Below are positions 53,805 through 64,000 of a stretch of 64,000 nt of DNA, in pieces; position 1 is the first letter of the stretch, and every line of letters starts with the position of its first letter. The notes under the pieces are model-generated. The model saw only the letters and a list, made by a program, of their open reading frames with translations. It searched no databases and had not been told where the DNA came from. The stretch comes from Octopus sinensis (Eukaryota), in assembly GCF_006345805.1 (NCBI RefSeq), contig NC_043015.1:41230001-41294000 (forward strand), given 5' to 3'. The translations under genes were made by a program, and so were the position numbers.

Positions 53805-54100
53805 ACTGTTCAACTTTAATGCTGGTACCCCCCTCCCGACTGTGATGGGGGTACCTCCACTGAACTGTGAAGGTGGTACCTCCACTATTCTTTAACAACA
53901 GTGCCCCAACTCAACTGTAACAGGGGTACCACCATGAGTCAAATGGAGGTACCCCTGTCACAGTTGAGTTGGGGTACTGCTGTTAAAGAAGAGTGAACAC
54001 CATGAATCAAATGGGGGGGGGGTACCCCAACTCAACTGTGACAGAGGTACCCCCTCTTGACTGATGGTGGTGCCCCTACTCAACTGTGATGGAGGTACTT
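53805..54100. repeat. GGTACC-centred minisatellite containing a 113-nt hairpin
   Basis: Recurring GGTACC..CAACTGTGA units; 53883-53935 pairs with 53943-53995. Confidence 0.8.
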
Positions 54101-55559
54101 CCAAAATTTAAAGACAGGGAGATATTATTGACACGTTGTCACAATATGTTACTTTGTTTCTTTACATTACCTTCGTTAAACCTAATTATAACATCTTCTA
54201 TAATTAATTAACTGATGTTGTTGTTACTGTTATTATGTTTCTATGATTTCTGTTTTTTGTTTTTTTCGTTTATTCTTTCAGTTTTTATTTTATTTTATTT
54301 TATTTTTATTCATTCCTCTTTTGAAATCAGATTCTTTCAATGACCGACCCCTATTCTTTACCCACCAAATTCAAGTCATTTATTTAATTTTGTTTGTAAA
54401 CAAAAATACCCAAAAAACCCTCAACAAAAACACCTTCTTTTGGACATAAAAGTTCTCATTTCTTCTAAGAATACGGTTACTTCTTAAGCCATTGAGGGAG
54501 CATCTGCATGACCATTTCACCTATTAGAAAAAGCAGCTATATATCCCTTCAAATCATACCTTCCCTCTTAAATACAGGAAGGACATGTTAAGTAATGTGG
54601 TTTTTAGATATTCAAAATCTCTGGTTGGTTGTTGCTGGAATGATTTGATCTCAGAGGTCTTCTCATTCAAGCTGACCTGGGGTTAAACTACAACAATGAT
54701 CATCATTTTAACATTTGTTGTTTAGCCCTTGGTTAGATCTGGTCTGGTAATGCTCTGATCAAAAACATTACAGCCATGACCGTCTAGTCTCTTACTCAGA
54801 CATCATGCACAGAGAACTACATTATCAGACGTGTGTGAATGTGTCCTCCTTTAGTGGTTTGGGGGAGATTTGACTGCTGTTTCTAACAGGTTCATTCACA
54901 GATGAGAAGCTCCCTGAGAAGTGCAAACAATTTTTTTTTTTTTACTTTTTAAAATCTTGCTATCATGGATTTGAGGGAGATTTGGCTGCTGTTTCTAACA
55001 GGCTTATTCACAAATTATATAGGTTCGATAAGTCTATTCTACAAACACGTCATCATTTGTCTGACCTCTTCTGTGGGACTTGGCATTCTGAGATCCAACC
55101 TCACCATTCCTTTCCACAATTTCCTCACTTTCTATTTTCCACTCCTCAACACCCCCTCCCCTCAAAAAACACCCACAAACAACACAAAGCACTTTGTTAT
55201 CATCTAGTCCTCAGATTAACTCTAATCCTACAGACCTTATCATAAAAAATGTTCCAGCCTTGACCATCCCATCTTATTCATTAAATTTTCATCCAAAATG
55301 TTTCTAAAGGTATATTACCCTATCTATCTTTTCATCTGTTACTTGTTTGGGGCTGTGGCCAGGCTAAGGCACTGCTTGGAAGGATTTAGCCCAGCGGTTC
55401 TCAACCACTGTTTATCTATCTTTGGACCCCTTTGATTATCTTATTTTGGTGCCCACCCCCCATGACTATTCGATGTTTAAAAACTAGTTTTATAGAAGCT
55501 TCTAAGTTCCTGTATTGTTTTCCACACATTCCCTGGTGTAGGTTGAACTATGTGAAATG

Positions 55560-56463
55560 TTAACCCTTTCGTTGCTGTATTTCTGTTGCGATGCTCTGTG
55601 TTTCTTTCAATTACTTTAAATATAACAAAGAATTTAGTAAAATTACCTAGTTACAATTCGGCTAGTGTTAGGAACATAAATTGTGACTAAGGTTTGGTGG
55701 AAGATTTTAATTCAAAACTTGTGAAAACAGGACATTTGTACTCAGAGCCAGAACCAGTTTCAGGCAGGTTGGTAACATAAGGTTTAAACAATTCCTAATA
55801 ATATTTAATTAATGGAGGAGTTTTTAAACCTCAAATGGCTATAAGGGTCCACCCGAGTAAAATAGGAATCAAAGGGGTCTATATGTAAAAACTGGTTGAC
55901 GGCCACTGCTTCTGGATGAACTGACTGATAAACTAGCCCCTATTATCTTGTGATAAATTATCTCTAGTAGTTTGTTGTGGTATTAACCCTTTCGTTACTG
56001 TATTTATTTTGAGATGCTCTGTGTTTCTTTCAATTACTTCAAATATAACAAAGAATTTAGTAAAATAACTTAGTTATCATTCAGTTAGTGTTAGGAACAT
56101 AAATTGTGACTAAGGTTTGGTGGAAGATTTTAATTCAAAACTTGTGAAAACAGGACATTTGTACTCAGAGCCAGAACCGGTTTCAGCCGGGTTGGTATCG
56201 AAAGGGTTAAGCTAGTGTTAGGAACATGAATTGTGACTAAAGTTTGGAGGAAGATTTTAATTCAAAACTTGTGAAAACAGGACATTTGTACTCAGAGCCA
56301 GAACCGGTTTCAGCCGGGTTGATATCGAAAGGGTTAAGCTAGTGTTAGGAACATGAATTGTGACTAAAGTTTGGAGGAAGATTTTAATTCAAAACTTGTG
56401 AAAACAGGACATTTGTACTCAGAGCCAGAACTGGTTTCAGCTGGGTTGGTAACAAAAGGGTTA
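55560..56463. mobile_element. piggyBac-type MITE cluster: A (55560-55787), spacer, B (55983-56210), two tandem 3' halves
   Basis: TTAA-CCC...GGG-TTAA ends; ~127-bp 3' halves repeated at 56211-56337 and 56338-56463. Confidence 0.8.
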
Positions 56464-57431
56464 TATTTGTAACCTTACAAGAGTGGTTTAGTCAGTGCTG
56501 CAGTTTGTACTGGGTTACAGGGTACCAGCTCTAGGTACAATGGAACTTGACCTGACTAGAACCAGCGGTGAGACAGTAATGAAAGTAGTAGCACTAAACT
56601 ACAACTTAGTCATTGCTAAGCTGCTATTTGGAATGCAAATTAACATGTAATTCTGACTTAAAGTTTTAATTTAGATTTCTTTAAAACGGAATGTTTGTAT
56701 CATAAAACCAAGGAGGCCTGTCTCAGGCAGACTAGTATTGGAAAAGTCAACAATTTTGGTACCTTTTTTCTGTCGAAATACACTGATTTGTCACAATTAA
56801 TTTTGAAAATAATGAATCTAATAAATTTAATTTTGTTCAGCTAGTTACTATTATTTGGGTAATGGTTGGAACATAACACAAAGTTTGGATGGAAAATTTA
56901 ATTTAGATCACTTAAAAACAAGATGTTTGCATCATAGAACCTGGAACAGTCTCAGACAAAGTGGTATCAAAATTATTAAATAATTTAAAGGTATTTTAAT
57001 CTTGCCCCTTCATGTGTCTTCTGAGTTCAAATCTCACCCATGGTAATATTTGTATTCCATTTCTTATGGTTATTGGTGATTCCTAGTTGTGAAGATTCAC
57101 TGGTATTTATCCTACCAAAGTGTAGCCGCAATATTCTTAGAAAATTTACTGAAATTTTATGCCCAATGAAGGTTTATTCAATATTATTTCTTCACTGCTT
57201 GCTATATTTTCCTTCTTTGTTTGAAGTTTATCTTCTGCTGGATCAATGGGTTACGGGCTGTATAACATATCGGCTTCATCTTAATGTATATAGGATGTAT
57301 GGCTGTATATATATATATACATGTATGTGTATATACATAAGTATATACCACATGCATATACATGTATGCTCAGATATGTATGATGGTATGCACTTCATGC
57401 AGGCACATGCATTTATATGCATGAACATATA

Positions 57432-57484
<53 letters not shown>

Positions 57485-57489
57485 GAGAT

Positions 57490-57855
57490 GAATTAGAAAA
57501 AAAACACCTTTTATCAATTCAATAATGAAAAATTAAATTACACCATCTAGAAAAATTACATATTATAGAAAGATTAAATATAAGATAAAACATATAACGA
57601 TGATTAAGTAATATGCAAAATAATAAATAAAACATATATATTTGGTATATATATATATATTTATATATGTTTTATATATATTTTATAAACCAAATATATT
57701 CGTTATATTTATTTTTTATCTATTATTTTGCACATTACTTAATCATCGTTATATGTTTTATCTTATATTCAATCTTTCTATATGTAATTTTTCTAGATGG
57801 TATAATTTAATTTTTCATTATTGAATTGATAAAAGGTGTTTTTTTTTCTAATTTA
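57490..57855. repeat. AT-rich inverted repeat, ~160-bp arms
   Basis: AATTAGAAAAAAAACACCTTTTATCAATTC... mirrored by ...GAATTGATAAAAGGTGTTTTTTTTTCTAATT. Confidence 0.9.
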
Positions 57856-57946
57856 TATATTTATATATATTATATTTTGTGAAATTTGATTTAGTATTTC
57901 TAAATTGAAAGTTTGGAATAATATTCCCTCATATTATTATATATAA

Positions 57947-57986
<40 letters not shown>

Positions 57987-60497
57987 ATACAAACAAACAT
58001 GCATGTGTATGTGTGCATACATACATGCATACATATGTGTGTATGTACTGTGTATGTATTTAACACTTTTGTGTAATTCTGGAGGTTTTGAGTCATACGT
58101 AACTCTTTACACACACACACACTCTCTCTCTCTTCTCATAGCCACAATTTTCAATCATGGCCAGAACAGAATTAATAGAATGCAGCAGCTGTTGATTGTC
58201 ACAGAACATATATTGAATGTGTGTGTGCAACCTGGGTGTGGAATTCAAATCTCTGCCATTCAACAAATATTTATATATATAAAACCAGATTTTACACACT
58301 TTCCGCGTGTGTAATTTATACGTTTTCCTTTATGATGCATAAACACTGTGTGTGTGTGTATGTGTGTGTGTGTGTATATAAGCACACACACATTTATTTA
58401 CAACTATATGTACATACACACTCATGTGTGTGTATATATGTTTATATATGTACATGTGTATATGTATGCATACACAAAAAAAATACATAACAGCTGACAA
58501 TTGTGTCAGCTGTTATTTTTCTTGTTGTAAGTCTGTCGGTGAATTGGATTTTATATAATGTAGCTGTTTACTGTAAAGAATGCTCGTGTGTGTGTGCGTG
58601 TGTGTGTGTGCTTGTGTGAGTGTGTGTGTGTGTGTGCGTGTGTGTATGTGTTGGTTCACTTAGGAGCAATAATTTGCAGAACTTGATACACAGGTATAGG
58701 GTATTCTTTAATAGATTACAAACGAAACGTTCATATTTCCAATGTTCTTGGGTTACACGTTTGTTGCATGTGTGTGTGTGTGTGTGTGTACAGGAAGAGG
58801 GGGGAGAAAGAGAAACAGAGGCTTAGCAAAACAAACAGGAAACATAGAACACAATACATGGTTATATAAATTTTTACTTGGCTATAGGTTACCAAATTGA
58901 CTCAAAAGGCCAACAGGTTTTTGTATGCCATAGGTATCTGTCTATCTTCATACACACACACACTCACTCACAAAGTCTCCCCTTTTGTGCATGCATATTG
59001 AGGACAGAATAACCTCCGCAGTGCTGGGACCATAATAAAATGTGCAAATGTTTGGAGGTAAGAAGGATACCCGGCCATAGAACCCATGGCAAGAATGGAA
59101 TGTAGAGAGTGTTATGTGATCTGTGACCTCTCTAGAAGGCAGGGGAGTTTCTCTGAATAAGAACTGACTTGGCCCATGATTGCTTGTCCAAACTGTCTCA
59201 GCATGGCAGAGTAGACATAGAATGTCTGCTCTGCCATTCTATGATCAGTATACCTTTACATACACTTTTTATTTAAGTATGCACTTTCACCCATAATGCA
59301 CTTCACACACACACACTTTACATTCTTGCAAGCAAACATTAACGTGGAATTAATCAAAGACTTTTTTAGTCACGCTATTTTCGGTGGACGTATGGTTAGC
59401 ACCATTCATCCAGCACACACAAAAATTCCTGCTTTTTAACATTGATTTGGAAGATAAAAGAGAAAGGACCAAAGAAAGAGAGAAAGAAAGAAATAAAGCA
59501 AGCAAGAATTTATTGACTGTTATTTTGTTTTTATTCAGTATTCTGCTATGGGTTTTGATATCTAAATTCCCAAGACCGTTCTTAGGTGTGTCCCTTGGCG
59601 GAAGAGCTTGTTTTGCCATTTTTCTTTTGGTTTGCCTTTTTTTTTACCTTTAAGGGGTGCAATAACCTGGGTTTATGATTTATTTAAACAGGTTGTGAAG
59701 CGATGGCGCCTCGACTGCCATTGCTGTTCGTGCGCCTTACATTTGCATCGCATTTTCAAGCACATTCCTCCATCTCAAACTTGTACAAACCAGTTAGAAC
59801 TGGGCATTGAAAATGACCCTGACCAGTTCTTGCCGGTGTTGTTGGTAAGTATGGCACCCTAAAATCCCATACAAGTCAAGAAGCACGATGTATATAATAA
59901 TAATATATATTTACAAATATAGATATATAGATAAATACATACACACACATATACATATATATAGAAATGCGTATGTATGTGTATGTGTGCATACATGTAT
60001 GTATGTGTGCATGCATGTATGTATTTTAATTTTGCTGTCCGTCTGCAAGCTGTGCAATCAATTATTGCAATTTGCACAATTAGTCTTTGATGCTTCTTTT
60101 AATGCAAAACGCTAGATTTGGAATTGGTGTTGCATCCTACTGCATTTGTCTTAAAATAAAAAACGGGTTTTCACAAAGCTGGGAAGGAGGAATGTATGTG
60201 TAAATGCGTGTGAAAAATATGGCCAACGTTGTTCTAGATCGTTGCAGGGGTGGCTTGCTTTGAAGGGAGCAGGAGGGTGGGAATAAGGGTTGAAACGGTG
60301 ACCGCTTATTCTTTAACCCCCGGTTGCCAAGCAACAGTTTGAAGTTTCTCTCTTGTGCATTATGTACTCACACTAACATGCATGTTTATGGATGCACTCT
60401 CACACTTGCATTTACTCGTAATAATACTTTCACACATGCATGCATCGTCATACGTGGACACGTGCAGGCATGTGCTCACTTGAAGAAATTTGCACGA

Positions 60498-60525
<28 letters not shown>

Positions 60526-60528
<3 letters not shown>

Positions 60529-60918
60529 CAATTGCAGTGTGGAAGGTGTTTATAAGCCATTTAAAAAACACACAAAATCCGTTAGATTCACTTCAACATT
60601 TAAATTTAATTTGGCAAAATATTTTCGTCGCTTTGAGACCGCGACCTGTTCACTGAGATGCAGCACGGATTTCTGTTGTGATGCTCTGTGTTTCTTTCAA
60701 TTAATTTAAATATAACAAAGAATTTAGTAGGAGGGAGAGTTAGCTGCTATTTGTAGCATGTGGAGTAATCACGTAGAGATGCTCTCTCTCAGTGAACAGT
60801 TCGTGGTCTGAAAGTGACGAAAATATTTTGCCAAATTAAATTTAAATGTTGAAGTGACTCTAACTGTTTTGTGTGTTTCTTAAATGGCTTATAAACACCT
60901 TCCACGCTACAATTGTTT
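60526..60918. repeat. Inverted repeat, ~132-bp arms around a 128-bp spacer
   Basis: 60526-60658 pairs with 60787-60918. Confidence 0.9.
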
Positions 60919-63900
60919 TCGTTCCAACACAGTCTCAGATCAGGTCACTTGTTATGCATGTACAGCAAGAAGCCCAGTATTAGGAGTATTCAAGCAGGGT
61001 GTATATTTGAAGACCTGGCAAATTCATAGGATATTTTCTGTCAGTCTATGTCATGTCTTAAGCATGTGTGTGTTGTGTTTTATGTGATGTATTTTGTGTG
61101 TATGTGTTTTCTGTTTTTGTATAAATGTTTTTTTGTCTTGTGTGTGTAATAAATGTTTTTATGGTCTGTGTATGTTTTATCTTGTGTATATAGTTTGTCT
61201 ATATAATGTATTTTGTGTGTATATATGGCTGAAATAATATCTTCCAACACCAATGGTACATATTAAAATTCCGTTATCAACCTCCACATTCATCTCCTCG
61301 GAATAGTGTGTTTCACATTCAAAATAATTTTACAAGCGTCGACCTGTTTTACCTATAATTTGTGAGTTTTACCTTAAAGTGAACATGTTTTGCATGTGGC
61401 AGTCCAGTTTTTCCATCCAGGAGGAAATTGCTCTCTCATCATCTTGACATATTGATCATATTTATCTTTGGGGTTTTTTTCTTTTTTTTATCTGCTGAAG
61501 ATCAGATAATTCTTCCTTTCACAGAATGGTCCAATTCTAATTTAATTGGGATTTCGGTGCACCAGCTTGTTTAGAAATATAAGGTATTTTAGAGTTATTT
61601 CCATTCGTACCTGTATTAAGGTGAGGCAAACACTGTTAAACAATGCTTTCATCAACCAAATAACATCGCTCTTCATTAATCAGCATTATCATAGAGATGA
61701 GGTGGGATTGCGGTCAAGAAACTGTAGTTGTAATTGTTGTTGTTTAGTCCTGGGTTAGCCCTGATCAAGCAAACCTATAACCAAGGGCATTCCAACTGTG
61801 ACCAACCCTTCTTTTTTTTTTTCATTTTTCACACATAGTATAAACGGGGCTACATTATTCAGTATGCCCTTCCTTTTGTTTTAGGATGCGATAGGAGGGA
61901 GAGTTGGCTGCTATTTGTAGCATGAGGAGCAGTCACATAGAGATGCTCTTTCTCTCTCTTTCTGTGGATGTTTCTGATGTCACACTCAACCAGTTCTGAC
62001 CATTTTTGATGCAGAAACAAAATATTGTTTGTTTTTATTTTATTTTTTACTTATTTTTATTTATTAAATTTATTTTCTCTCTTTCATTTAAATATTTTAT
62101 CTCCATCACAAACTCCCACAAGTGTTTAGGCATCATTTTAATTAACGACCCACAAGACTGACTCATTCACATTTTCACTTTATTATCATCTAATTCTAGA
62201 TTTGGTTCCATTGTTCAGCACCTTTGTCCCATATCTTCTACTGAGAATGACCGATGCTTTTTTCTGAAAATCGGTCAATAGAACCAGTAGAGTTGTTTGA
62301 GCATTAACTGTAATACCTTGCAAAATCTGTTTTGCCCTTGTTCTCTCTGAGTTCAAATCCCACCTCCTGCCACTGGAAGTTCCTCAGCAAGAGCTCAAGG
62401 ACTTGAGCTGGTTGTTATCAATGCCATTGCGTACTAGCTTGCCGGGGATAATGCCAAAGGATTTTGGAAGTTCCTCAGCAACTAACGAATGTGTTCTGTA
62501 AGTGCATTCATCATCATCATCATTTACCATCCCTCATTCATGCTGGTATGGGTTGGATTCTTTCTGGTGAGCCAGAGGACTGTGCCAAGTTCTAGTGTCT
62601 TCTTTGGCATGGTATCTATTGCTCGATGCCCTTCCTAGCACCGGCCACTTTACAGGGTGTACTCGGTGCTTTGTATATTGCACTAGTGAGTCCCCAAGTA
62701 ACTTACAAGGCAATGGTGTGGGACAAGGATTTGTATGAAGGGAAGTGGCTTGCATGTGTGTGTATATTGGTAGTGGACCACTGTCCGAAGTCAGGTCGCC
62801 ATGATAGATCGTTAGCTCCTACACGCATTTTTTTCTCTCATTTTTTTCTGTGTATCTTTCTGTTGAAGAGCGTAGGCTCGAAACATAAAAGACTTTTTCT
62901 ATTCCTGAACGCTATACTAATACATTTGTTTGTTTGTACTCCACCTGCCTTCGTCTTTTGTTTATTTTCGTAAACTTTCCCGTTATATATATATACACAT
63001 ATATACATTGGTACAATGGAGTAGAATTGGTATAGTGCTGAACAGGAGGAATTTCAATGGTGTTTCGTGGTCTGCCACCACAACAGCTCCTTTATAGGAT
63101 CCAGTTAGCTCAAGACATCATCAGGAGGAACCACGTCCGGTTTCGGCCCCTACTCCTCTACCGATTTGACGCGGCGGGGGGGCCCTACTTTCGTAGGTGT
63201 CTTCAGCTCTGGTGTTGAGTGCAGGCTTTCTTTCTTCTTCTTCTCTCTTCTGTTCCATAGCCTCTTTGATGTGGATAATAATTCGCAGCATTTTGTTTCA
63301 TGCCATTTTACACCAGTGGTTGGGTCCCTTTATACCCAGGTTGATTTTGCCATTCGATCCCTATAAAGACAATAACAGCGAATTTCCAGAAAAAGGAAAA
63401 AAGACAACACAAATGCCACTACCACCATGACCACCACCACTTCAACCAATACCACAAAGACACAAAGACACCTTCCTCATCATCATAAAAGATAAATTGC
63501 AAACTAAACTAACAGCTTGAAATTATGATGTTGATGTTGTTGTCAATGTCGTAGTCAAACTGCATGAATGCCACAGCTTTTTTTTTCTTTTTTTTTTCTC
63601 TGCTATTCCCACCAAAGAACGTGCTAGAGCAATCTTAATTAGTCTTATGTGTACTTATTGCTAATTACACAAATCAAACTGGCATCGTATTGTAATAAGG
63701 ATTTCATCTTTAATTCTTGATGCTTATTAACGATAGTCATCTTCTTCGTTATCGTCATTGCTTTAATCATCTTACTAACAAAAGTATTACTGACATCATT
63801 CTGTGTTGTTGTTGTCGTTGTCGTCATGGTTATCATTGTAATTATCTCGTTAACAAAAATATCAATCATCATCTTTGTAATCATTGTTGTCTTTGCTTTA

Positions 63901-64000
63901 ATCATCATCATCGTCATCGTTTTCACTTCCACTTTTCCATGCTTGCATGGGTTGGTTGGAATTTGTTGAGGTAGATTTTTCCGTGGTTGGACGCTCTTCC

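Noticed and set aside
58488-58517. Short hairpins here and at ~59203-59237
   Set aside because: Stems of 13-16 bp are too short for a miRNA call, and bacterial-type terminators are irrelevant in this context.
61225-61700. Non-repetitive, coding-looking segment with IIGKTGRRL on -, and a splice-bounded 61525-61583 on +
   Set aside because: Stops occur in all frames. It may be a decayed TE, but I cannot assign it without a translated search.

Overview
This is AT-rich, repeat-saturated animal genomic DNA; the SINE families suggest a coleoid cephalopod, probably Octopus (inference). None of the supplied ORFs is a real gene as called: they are microsatellite or tandem-repeat read-throughs, or they overlap short true exons. 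Manual splice-site reading recovers 8 phase-compatible + strand exons: 5308-5371, 33568-33631, 34427-34564, 39198-39262, 40438-40482, 42405-42470, 43666-43746 and 45201-45383 (706 nt, about 235 codons). They encode the pre-F-BAR segment and most of the F-BAR domain of an ARHGAP45/ARHGAP29/GMIP-family RhoGAP that starts before and continues beyond the window. The rest appears intronic: several tRNA-derived SINE families, an RTE-tail-like element, piggyBac-type MITEs, two non-autonomous Helitrons, a Tc1/mariner relic, and micro/minisatellites. The most unusual items are (1) a TSD-flanked ~500-bp palindrome whose arms each join a tRNA-like head to a Penelope-type hammerhead motif, plus related foldbacks; (2) a 67-bp array with 4-unit higher-order structure inside a retroelement; (3) a composite piggyBac-MITE block that appears to have moved as a unit; and (4) candidate poison/cassette exons and intronic regulatory clusters. 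Repeat boundaries are approximate and were set by eye; no database search was run.
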